From the NCBI GenBank assembly GCA_947460875.1, contig CANHGR010000001.1, positions 168,681-232,680 on the forward strand: a stretch of 64,000 nt of DNA, written 5' to 3'. The notes below the pieces were generated by a model that saw nothing but the letters and a program-made list of their open reading frames with translations, was not told where the DNA came from and searched no databases. The translations under genes were made by a program, and so were the position numbers. This document shows, one piece after another, positions 10,586 to 19,746 of this stretch; position 1 is the stretch's first letter, and each line of letters opens with the position of its first letter. Origin of the DNA: Sphingobacteriaceae bacterium (GTDB lineage: Bacteria > Bacteroidota > Bacteroidia > Sphingobacteriales > Sphingobacteriaceae).

Positions 10586-12547
10586 ATGAAGTCTAAGAAA
10601 TCAATTGCTGCGCCAGTTGCTGCGCCCCTCGCTGTCCATGCGCCTGTAGTAGCACTTTCAAGGTTTACGGATTTTGATATAGGACTTTTTAGATCAGGGA
10701 AGCATTACAAACTTTATGAAAAATTCGGATCGCATGTTATCGAGCATAATGGAGTCACAGGAACCTATTTTGCGGTTTGGGCTCCAAACGCAGTTAAGGT
10801 TTCTGTCATCGCCAATTTTAACGGATGGAACCGTAATTCGCATGATTTATTTGTAAGATGGGATGGCTCAGGAATCTGGGAAGGCTTTATTCCAAACACC
10901 GGCAACGGCGAAATATATAAATATTTTATAAAATCTAATTCTGGCGATGAGCTTGAAAAGAGCGATCCTTTTGCGCTTCGATGGGAAGAACCACCTCTAA
11001 CAGGTTCAATTATCTGGGACACTTGGTATGAATGGAAGGATAAGGAATGGATGTCAACCCGACATAAACATAACTCACTCGACAGTCCTTACTCTGTATA
11101 CGAACTACACTTAGGTTCTTGGGCTCGTAGTCCGGAGTCGCCGGATCAATTTTTTGGCTACCGCTTGATATCCGACAAGTTGATTCCTTATATTAAGGAA
11201 ATGGGATTCACCCATGTTGAACTGATGCCTGTAATGGAACATCCGTTTTATCCATCTTGGGGCTACCAGGTTACAGGTTATTTTGCAGTAAGTTCGAGAT
11301 TTGGGACGCCGCAAGACTTTATGTATTTAGTAGAGCAGCTACATATTAACGGCATTGGTTTGATCCTTGACTGGGTCCCATCGCATTTTCCGGGAGATGC
11401 ACATGGTTTGTACAATTTCGATGGGACTCATCTTTATGAGCATGCAGATGAACGCAAAGGCTTCCATCCCGACTGGAAATCATACATTTTTAACTATGGA
11501 AGGAATGAAGTCAGGTCTTTTCTGATAAGTAACGCGATTTTTTGGTTTGACCGATACCATGCAGATGGCATAAGGGTAGATGCCGTGGCGTCTATGCTAT
11601 ATCTTGATTACTCGCGCAAGGAAGGCGAATGGATTCCGAACGAGTTTGGTGGAAGAGAGAATCTTGAAGCCATTACTTTTTTAAAAGAGTTTAATGAGAC
11701 GGTTTATGCGATGTATCCAGATGTGCAGACCATTGCAGAAGAGTCAACTGCCTTTCCGGGCGTAAGCCGTCCAACACACTCGGGAGGTCTGGGTTTTGGT
11801 ATGAAATGGATGATGGGCTGGATGAATGATACGCTGAAATATTTTGAGCAAGATCCGGTACATCGAAAATATTCGCATGGTAAGATAACATTTAGCACCG
11901 TCTACGCATTTACAGAAAATTTCATGCTGCCTCTCTCGCATGATGAAGTTGTACATGGCAAAGGATCACTAATTTATAAGATGCCGGGCGATGAATGGCA
12001 GAAATTTGCTAACCTCAGGCTGATGTATCTATATATGTTTACGCACCCCGGCGCTAAACTGTTGTTTATGGGCGATGAGTTCGGCCAAACTACTGAATGG
12101 AACTTCTCCCAATCCTTAGATTGGCATTTACTTCAATATCCGCCTCATAAAGGTGTTAAAGAGTTCGTTAAGGGACTCAACTCGATATATCGTACAGAAT
12201 CGGCATTGTATCAAAGATCATTTACTAGTGACGGATTTGAATGGTTGGAAGTTGGGGATGCGATAAACTCTGTGCTAGTTTATATCCGAAAAGGAAATGA
12301 TCCGAAAGACGAGTTAGTAATTGCGTTAAATATGACGCCTGTGCCTCGCAATAATTACCGGATAGGTTTGCCCGCTGAGGGCACTTGGGAAATTGTCCTT
12401 AATTCAGACGAGACCATTTATTTTGGAAGTGGAATTCTCAAACAACAAAAATATATTTCTGAGCAAATTAGATGGGAGAACAAAGAACACTCGACATTAA
12501 TAAGTCTTCCACCTTTGGGAGGATTTGTACTTAAAAGAACTACCTGA
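10586..12547 (+). CDS. glgB: 1,4-alpha-glucan branching enzyme
   Basis: 653 aa. GH13 motifs DWVPSHFP, GIRVDAVASMLY, IAEEST, LSHDEVVHGK. N-terminal CBM48-like region (YFAVWAPNA). Confidence 0.9.
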   Translation: MKSKKSIAAPVAAPLAVHAPVVALSRFTDFDIGLFRSGKHYKLYEKFGSHVIEHNGVTGTYFAVWAPNAVKVSVIANFNGWNRNSHDLFVRWDGSGIWEGFIPNTGNGEIYKYFIKSNSGDELEKSDPFALRWEEPPLTGSIIWDTWYEWKDKEWMSTRHKHNSLDSPYSVYELHLGSWARSPESPDQFFGYRLISDKLIPYIKEMGFTHVELMPVMEHPFYPSWGYQVTGYFAVSSRFGTPQDFMYLVEQLHINGIGLILDWVPSHFPGDAHGLYNFDGTHLYEHADERKGFHPDWKSYIFNYGRNEVRSFLISNAIFWFDRYHADGIRVDAVASMLYLDYSRKEGEWIPNEFGGRENLEAITFLKEFNETVYAMYPDVQTIAEESTAFPGVSRPTHSGGLGFGMKWMMGWMNDTLKYFEQDPVHRKYSHGKITFSTVYAFTENFMLPLSHDEVVHGKGSLIYKMPGDEWQKFANLRLMYLYMFTHPGAKLLFMGDEFGQTTEWNFSQSLDWHLLQYPPHKGVKEFVKGLNSIYRTESALYQRSFTSDGFEWLEVGDAINSVLVYIRKGNDPKDELVIALNMTPVPRNNYRIGLPAEGTWEIVLNSDETIYFGSGILKQQKYISEQIRWENKEHSTLISLPPLGGFVLKRTT

Positions 12548-12558
12548 TTTGAGATGAT

Positions 12559-13440
12559 ATGTTTTTGAATGCCGAGCTGATTGAGGATATTCAGAAGGCA
12601 ATAGTGAATCTTAATGGAGCTTCGAATAGGCTCACTGTAATCGATTCGGTATCTGGTGGAAGTATTAACAGCGCCTATAAACTCCGCTTCGGAGACAGTT
12701 GTTATTTTCTAAAAGTAAATAACTCTTCAACGTTTCCAAATATGTTTCTGGCGGAGATGGAGGGACTTCGCCGCATATTGCAAAGCAATACTATTGCTGT
12801 TCCCAAAGTTATTGCGTGTGGACAATCCAACCAAGAGCAGTATTTGCTGCTCGAGTGGATAGAAAAATCTGCCAGCTCAACTGAATTTGAATATGAATTT
12901 GGAAGAAAATTAGCTGCGTTGCACAGGCTAAGCAATAGCAAATTCGGATTAGATCATTCGAATTACATCGCCTCTCTATCCCAGTCGAATGTTTTGAACG
13001 AAAGCTGGACTGATTTTTTTGTTTCCGAGCGGTTAGCGCCTCAGTTGAAGCTCGCTGTAGACAATGATTTGATAAATTGTGGAATGACGAAGGACCTTGA
13101 ACGACTCTTTACAAGATTGGACAACTTATACCCAACTGAAAAGCCGAGTCTCGTACACGGAGATCTTTGGATCGGAAATTGCATCACCGGAGTGGCTAAG
13201 CCCTATTTGATTGATCCCGCTATTGCCTTCGCTCATCGCGAGGTTGATATAGCCATGACTATGTTATTTGGTGGATTTTCAACTTCGTTTTATCAAACCT
13301 ATATTGAGTCTTTTCCACTTCAAAAGGGATGGCAGCAGCGTGTAGATCTTTGGAATCTTTACCCTTTGATGGTACATCTGAATCTTTTTGGCGCAGGATA
13401 TTTACCACAGATACAGAGCAATTTAAAGAAATTTATCTAA
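12559..13440 (+). CDS. fructosamine/ketosamine kinase family protein
   Basis: 293 aa. SGGSINSAYKL, LLEWIE, LVHGDLWIGN and DPAIAFAHREVDIAMT are typical of the family. Confidence 0.8.
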   Translation: MFLNAELIEDIQKAIVNLNGASNRLTVIDSVSGGSINSAYKLRFGDSCYFLKVNNSSTFPNMFLAEMEGLRRILQSNTIAVPKVIACGQSNQEQYLLLEWIEKSASSTEFEYEFGRKLAALHRLSNSKFGLDHSNYIASLSQSNVLNESWTDFFVSERLAPQLKLAVDNDLINCGMTKDLERLFTRLDNLYPTEKPSLVHGDLWIGNCITGVAKPYLIDPAIAFAHREVDIAMTMLFGGFSTSFYQTYIESFPLQKGWQQRVDLWNLYPLMVHLNLFGAGYLPQIQSNLKKFI

Positions 13441-13535
13441 CGTGAAACGTAGTAACGCATAGTTATTCTAAAATCAATCTCCTTGATTTCAATACTTCCG
13501 ATAGATTTTTGACTCTGGGAATTAGAGACTTTCCT

Positions 13536-13970
13536 TTAACCGTAATTGCCGTGCTGACTTATACTTGATCTCCTTTCGTAAGAAAATATAATTTCGATTC
13601 CAAACCATTTTTTGGCGCTAGTAGCGACAGACTCTACCTTGAATAGTATCAATGGGTGTTTTTTCTCTTTGTCTCTCTCAAGTAACGTTGAAATAGAATT
13701 AGGGGATTTTTGTCGCTCTTTATTAGATATATCGTTCATCAATAATTCTATCGAGTCGACTAATGGCCCAAATTTTATTATTTAATACGCTTGTAAGTCT
13801 TCCGGTCTCGAAATGCTGCAAGAAGAAATTAGTGTTTTATCTAGTTGTGTAGACGTCACTTCCCAATGATATGTTGCCGGCCAGTTTATTTTTAGTTTTT
13901 CTGTTTTTTCTCGTCCTAATACAAGATTTATAAGCATTATTAAAATGATCCTTGGTAGATATAATTTCAT
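13536..13970 (-). pseudogene. possible decayed small secreted-protein gene: two same-frame ORFs separated by one TAA
   Basis: ORFs 13782..13970 (signal-peptide-like MKLYLPRIILIMLINLVLG) and 13536..13742 are in the same frame. 13970-13742 = 228 nt, and the only intervening stop is TAA at 13782-13784. They sit in a 900-bp AT-rich gene-poor gap. No family recognised. Confidence 0.2.
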
Positions 13971-14288
13971 TTTTATTCGATATACTAATCGGCGAAGACC
14001 TACGAGGGGTCCTCAAAAGATATCTTTGGCGAATAGATTAATAAAATCAACCTTTTACGATTTAAAAGATTAATTGTTTCGACTTAGCCTTAACGCTAAA
14101 CGACGTAAAAAGCAGTTGTAGATATCGAGAATGGGACTGTATAATTTCTGAAATTCGTCAGCGGGCGCGAAGTAGAGATTTGCATCGTTTAGTAACGAGA
14201 AAATAGCTGCATTATTTTCTTTTTTAAAAATTAGGAATTATAAGAAAAATAGGCCTACTGTGAAGCATGCAATTAAACTTAAAGTAAA

Positions 14289-14326
14289 CAAAAACTCCCT
14301 CGCAACTACGCGAAGGAGTTTTTGTT
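14289..14326 (-). terminator. rho-independent terminator downstream of gap
   Basis: On the minus strand: AAACTCCTTCGCG-TAGT-TGCGAGGGAGTTT hairpin followed by TTTTGTTT. Confidence 0.7.
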
Positions 14327-14339
14327 CAAGATATAGCAG

Positions 14340-15353
<1,014 letters not shown>

Positions 15354-15408
15354 TTATTGTATTCGTGTAAATTCGTGATGATTAGGCGTCTTTAAATTCT
15401 ATCGCATA

Positions 15409-16392
15409 TTAGATATTCAAAACGTGCGACATTTCTAATAGGTCTTCTTCTAGCTTAAAAGAGTTGTTGTTCAGTGCTTCCTCAAGATCTGTCAGTTTAA
15501 TTTTGTTCCCCCGTATGCCGACCATTTTGCGTGTTTCTCCTGCTAAAAGGGCGTTAACGGCTGCATAACCAAGTCGGCTAGCCAATACTCTATCAAAACT
15601 GCTCGGGCTTCCTCCGCGTTGAAGGTGGCCAAGTATCGTAACCTTTATGTCGTAAAAGTTGAATCGTTCTTTGACGTACTTTGCAACATTGTACGCACCG
15701 CCGTTCTTATCGCCCTCTGCAATAATCACGATGCTAGACGATTTTTTACTATCAGCGCCTTTCTCTAGTTTCTTAATCAGTTCGTCAATTGCCGTCTCTT
15801 TCTCAGGCAGAAGAATTGCTTCTGCGCCTCCTGCCGTTCCTGCCCAAAGTGCAATACAGCCCGAATCTCTGCCCATTACTTCAATGAAAAACAGTCGGTC
15901 GTGTGAAGCAGCAGTATCACGAATTTTATCAATCGCTTCTATTACTGTATTGTTGGCAGTATCATACCCTAATGTAAAATCTGAACCGTAAAGATCATTA
16001 TCAATTGTGCCGGGAATGCAAATGACCGGTATATCGAATTCGCGAGACAGCAATTCTGCGCCTGTAAAAGTACCATCGCCACCAATTGCCACTAGTGCAT
16101 TAATTCCGGCTTTACGTAGATTTTTGTATGCTTTTTCACGCCCTTCCTTCGTTCTGAACTCGTCACATCGGGCCGTTTTTAAAATAGTTCCTCCCAGTTG
16201 GATGATGTTACAAACCGAATGACCATCCATGTCAATGAATTTTTTATCAATCATTCCCTGATATCCCTGAAGGACACCAACCATTTTCATGCCCTTATAA
16301 ATTCCGGTGCGAACTATTGCACGGATGCAAGCGTTCATTCCGGGAGCATCTCCGCCTGATGTTAAAATACCGATTTTTTGAATGGAAGTCAA
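15409..16392 (-). CDS. pfkA: ATP-dependent 6-phosphofructokinase
   Basis: 327 aa. IGILTSGGDAPGMNA, IGGDGTF, IPGTIDNDL, MGRDSGCIAL, LGHLQRGG. TTG start. Lies directly upstream of gap on the same strand. Confidence 0.92.
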   Translation of the reverse strand: MTSIQKIGILTSGGDAPGMNACIRAIVRTGIYKGMKMVGVLQGYQGMIDKKFIDMDGHSVCNIIQLGGTILKTARCDEFRTKEGREKAYKNLRKAGINALVAIGGDGTFTGAELLSREFDIPVICIPGTIDNDLYGSDFTLGYDTANNTVIEAIDKIRDTAASHDRLFFIEVMGRDSGCIALWAGTAGGAEAILLPEKETAIDELIKKLEKGADSKKSSSIVIIAEGDKNGGAYNVAKYVKERFNFYDIKVTILGHLQRGGSPSSFDRVLASRLGYAAVNALLAGETRKMVGIRGNKIKLTDLEEALNNNSFKLEEDLLEMSHVLNI

Positions 16393-16532
16393 AGTAAAAA
16401 TTTTGCGTTGCGAATATAGTGTCTCTGTGTTACACTAAGCAATAATTTTTATCATTTTTTATATGATAATTGCAAAAATAATGATTTTAAAGAGGTAAAA
16501 TGTGTTCTGAATATCATACTTAAGCTGAAATA

Positions 16533-17396
16533 TTATCGATTGTTAGAGGCCAGATTCTCGAGATGATATTGAACAAGGTCGTCAATAGGAGAGCGTATGA
16601 TTCGCCCCATGTTCATTTTATATTTTGAAGCGATTTCTTCAAGAAAGTCTTTAAAACTAAATGCAACTGCTCCAATACAATTAAATGAATAATCTTGGTA
16701 ATTAGGATAGCGGCTAACGAGATTTTTAAAGAATTCTTCAAAAGACGTCTTTACAACGTTTGTTGCGTACTCAGGATCTACCTTATTTTCAAACGCAAAC
16801 TTGCTAAAACTAGCGCAAAAACGATTTGCCAGCGGTTTAGTGTAGATATTGTTAAGAATTTCATCGGCACTTATATTATAGGTCTTCTCGAAGGATTTGT
16901 GAACTTCAGCCGGCATATACCCTCGTATGTAATCTGAAAGGAGCTTCTTGCCAATATGGCATCCACTACCTTCATCTCCGAGGATATAAGCTAAAGAATC
17001 GATGTTATAAATTACTTCTTTGCCATCATAAATGCAAGTGTTTGTTCCTGTGCCAAGTATTGCTGCAAATCCGGGTGAATTTCCTAGTAAAGCTCGTGCA
17101 GCCGCAAGTAGATCATGTTTGACAGAAACAATCGCAGAATTGAAAACTGCTTTTATTCCCTTCACCACAATTGATGCTTTTTCTTCGTTATGAACACCCG
17201 CACCGTAAAAATGCACCTCATCGACGGTAAGAGGATCCATACCCTCAGGCAGCTTACTTCCGAGAGAAGTTTTAATATAAGACTCATCAACAAAGTACGG
17301 GTTATACCCTTCTGTATTGAAGTTTGTTTTATTTCCGGCCCTGTCAAGTAAACACCAGTTTGTTTTTGTAGATCCTCCGTCTGCGATAAGAAGCAT
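16533..17396 (-). CDS. BadF/BadG/BcrA/BcrD-type ATPase, N-acetylglucosamine kinase-like
   Basis: 287 aa. LIADGGSTKTNW, ILGTGTN and GDEGSGCHIGKKL are ASKHA-fold sugar-kinase motifs. Confidence 0.7.
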   Translation of the reverse strand: MLLIADGGSTKTNWCLLDRAGNKTNFNTEGYNPYFVDESYIKTSLGSKLPEGMDPLTVDEVHFYGAGVHNEEKASIVVKGIKAVFNSAIVSVKHDLLAAARALLGNSPGFAAILGTGTNTCIYDGKEVIYNIDSLAYILGDEGSGCHIGKKLLSDYIRGYMPAEVHKSFEKTYNISADEILNNIYTKPLANRFCASFSKFAFENKVDPEYATNVVKTSFEEFFKNLVSRYPNYQDYSFNCIGAVAFSFKDFLEEIASKYKMNMGRIIRSPIDDLVQYHLENLASNNR

Positions 17397-17505
17397 ATTT
17401 TTTATATTTTAATGACGCTAAAGTATAAAAATTACGCCTGAATTGCTTCTGTTTATGACATCTGCGCAAAAGTTCCACAATGCTTTTATTGATCTTCAAA
17501 AGAGA

Positions 17506-17513
17506 TATATTTG
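17506..17513 (+). promoter_or_regulatory. candidate Bacteroidota -7 promoter box (TAnnTTTG)
   Basis: TATATTTG lies 22 nt upstream of the biotin carboxylase ATG in a divergent intergenic region. Confidence 0.3.
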
Positions 17514-17535
17514 AGAATGTTGTTTATTCAAGCCG

Positions 17536-19017
17536 ATGAAGAAAATACTTATTGCTAACCGCGGAGAAATTGCTTTACGCATAATGCGCTCTGCTAGAGA
17601 GATGGGTATTAAAACTGTCGCTGTTTTTTCAGAAGCAGACCGCAATGCATTGCATGTTCGGTATGCAAATGAGGCAGTATTTATCGGTCCGGCAGAATCA
17701 AATCAATCCTATTTAGTTTCTAAAAATATTATTGAAGCTTGTAAATCAACAGGTGCAGATGCTATTCATCCCGGCTATGGGTTCTTGTCAGAAAATGCGG
17801 CATTTGCTCGGGCGGTAAAGGAAGCGGGAATAATTCTTATTGGGCCTTCACCCGAATCGATGGAATTGATGGGAAATAAACTCTCCGCCAAAGCTGCGGC
17901 GCTCAAATATAATATTCCAATGGTTCCGGGTACTGACACGGCCATTTCTGACATTAATGAAGCGAAACGGCGAGCGGCTGAGATTGGTTTTCCGATTTTG
18001 ATAAAAGCCGCCGCAGGGGGTGGCGGCAAAGGAATGCGGATTGTAGAAAGCATTGATGATTTTGAAGAACAGATGAACAGAGCGACTTCTGAGGCTCTGT
18101 CGGCTTTCGGCGATGGGTCGGTATTTATTGAGCGATTTCTTTTATCGCCAAGACACATTGAAATTCAGATACTTGGAGACTCTCATGGCAATATCGTTCA
18201 CCTTAATGAACGCGAATGTTCTATACAACGAAGGCATCAAAAAGTCGTAGAAGAAGCACCTTCATCAATCCTCAGTCCGGAAATCAGAAAGGAAATGGGT
18301 AGGTGCGCAGTAGATATCGCTCAGTCATGCAACTATACCGGATCCGGAACGGTAGAGTTTATGCTCGATGAAAATTTGAATTTCTACTTCTTAGAAATGA
18401 ATACAAGATTGCAGGTGGAGCATCCGGTAACGGAGATGATTACCGGCATTGATTTAGTAAAAGAACAAATTAAAATTGCCCGAGGCGAGGCGCTTACCTT
18501 TAAGCAGGAGGATATTAAAATGACTGGGCACGCGGTTGAGGTTCGGGTCTACGCGGAAGATGCAGGAAATAATTTTTTGCCGGATACTGGTACTCTGCAA
18601 ACATATGTTGTCCCTCAAGGGCCGGGAATCCGAGTAGATGGCGGATTCGAAGAAGGGATGGACGTTCCAATATATTATGACCCAATGATTGCAAAATTAA
18701 TTGCCTATGGAAGCGACCGAGCTGAAGCAATTTCGAGGATGGCACGAGCAATCGACGAATTTTACATTACAGGAATTGAGACTACGCTGAAGTTCGGAAA
18801 ATTTGTAATGATGCATGAAGCCTTTGTATCTGGAAAATTTGATACTAATTTTGTGGCTAAGTATTTTGTGCCGAATCCGTTGCAGGAGGGGGAGGAAGAC
18901 GAATCCTTGATCGCGGCCTTGGCGGTGGCAGGATTTTTGAAAAAGTACAGAAGTCAAGTCAATTCAGATACTGTCTTGCCGCTTTCAAATTGGATGAAGA
19001 ACAGAAAGGAATACTAA
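17536..19017 (+). CDS. biotin carboxylase subunit of a biotin-dependent acyl-CoA carboxylase
   Basis: 493 aa. MKKILIANRGEIALRI, ATP-grasp GGGGKGMRIV, EMNTRLQVEHPVTE. No BCCP or carboxyltransferase gene is adjacent. Confidence 0.85.
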   Translation: MKKILIANRGEIALRIMRSAREMGIKTVAVFSEADRNALHVRYANEAVFIGPAESNQSYLVSKNIIEACKSTGADAIHPGYGFLSENAAFARAVKEAGIILIGPSPESMELMGNKLSAKAAALKYNIPMVPGTDTAISDINEAKRRAAEIGFPILIKAAAGGGGKGMRIVESIDDFEEQMNRATSEALSAFGDGSVFIERFLLSPRHIEIQILGDSHGNIVHLNERECSIQRRHQKVVEEAPSSILSPEIRKEMGRCAVDIAQSCNYTGSGTVEFMLDENLNFYFLEMNTRLQVEHPVTEMITGIDLVKEQIKIARGEALTFKQEDIKMTGHAVEVRVYAEDAGNNFLPDTGTLQTYVVPQGPGIRVDGGFEEGMDVPIYYDPMIAKLIAYGSDRAEAISRMARAIDEFYITGIETTLKFGKFVMMHEAFVSGKFDTNFVAKYFVPNPLQEGEEDESLIAALAVAGFLKKYRSQVNSDTVLPLSNWMKNRKEY

Positions 19018-19068
19018 TTGTCTTGGACTTAAAGCTTATCAGTTCCATTATTTAAAATAAGGAGGAAG

Positions 19069-19653
19069 TTGTTTACAGGAATTATAGAATGTACAGGAGT
19101 AATTACGCAACTCGAGAATGACCGTGGCAATCTAAATATTATGATTACTTCAACGATTTCCGATGAGTTGAAAGTAGATCAAAGTCTTGCTCATAACGGC
19201 GTTTGCCTTACAGTTGTGAAGCTTGAGAAAGGGAAGCATTCGGTAACAGCCATCGCTGAAACACTGCAAAAGACCAACCTGGGTAAATTGCAGGTTGGTG
19301 ATTTGATTAATCTAGAGCGTTGTATGCAGATGAATGGCAGGCTGGACGGACATATCGTGCAAGGGCACGTAGATCAAACCGGAACATGTAGTGAAGTATC
19401 TGAGATGAATGGAAGTTGGGTTTATAAAATTGCCTATGATTCTTCTTTAGGTAACGTGACAGTAGAAAAGGGTTCGGTTTGTTTGAATGGGATAAGTCTG
19501 ACGGTTGTCGACTCTCTTCATGATTCTTTTTCTGTACATATTATTCCCTATACTTATGAGAATACAAATTTGAAATTTGTTCGACCCGGTGATTCCCTGA
19601 ATCTGGAGTTTGATATTATTGGCAAATACGTTAGTCGAATACTGAAAGGGTAG
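19069..19653 (+). CDS. ribE: riboflavin synthase
   Basis: 194 aa. MFTGIIE N-terminus and a duplicated lumazine-binding repeat (NGVCLTV / NGISLTV). TTG start preceded by AGGAGG. Confidence 0.9.
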   Translation: MFTGIIECTGVITQLENDRGNLNIMITSTISDELKVDQSLAHNGVCLTVVKLEKGKHSVTAIAETLQKTNLGKLQVGDLINLERCMQMNGRLDGHIVQGHVDQTGTCSEVSEMNGSWVYKIAYDSSLGNVTVEKGSVCLNGISLTVVDSLHDSFSVHIIPYTYENTNLKFVRPGDSLNLEFDIIGKYVSRILKG

Positions 19654-19746
19654 CAATCCGCCTGTCGATGGCGCTTTGGCGATTGAGTTGTAATGTTCAC
19701 TATCTGGTTTTAGTCTTTATCCTAGAATACCCTTATGGTAAATTAG

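Noticed and set aside
19018-19068. FMN riboswitch upstream of riboflavin synthase
   Set aside because: Only 51 nt separate the upstream stop from the ribE start, too short for an FMN (RFN) element of well over 100 nt. No conserved RFN core was seen.
19654-19685. CAATCCGCC ... GGCGATTG inverted repeat after ribE as a terminator
   Set aside because: The stem is imperfect with a 14-nt loop and no following T-run, so support is too weak to annotate.
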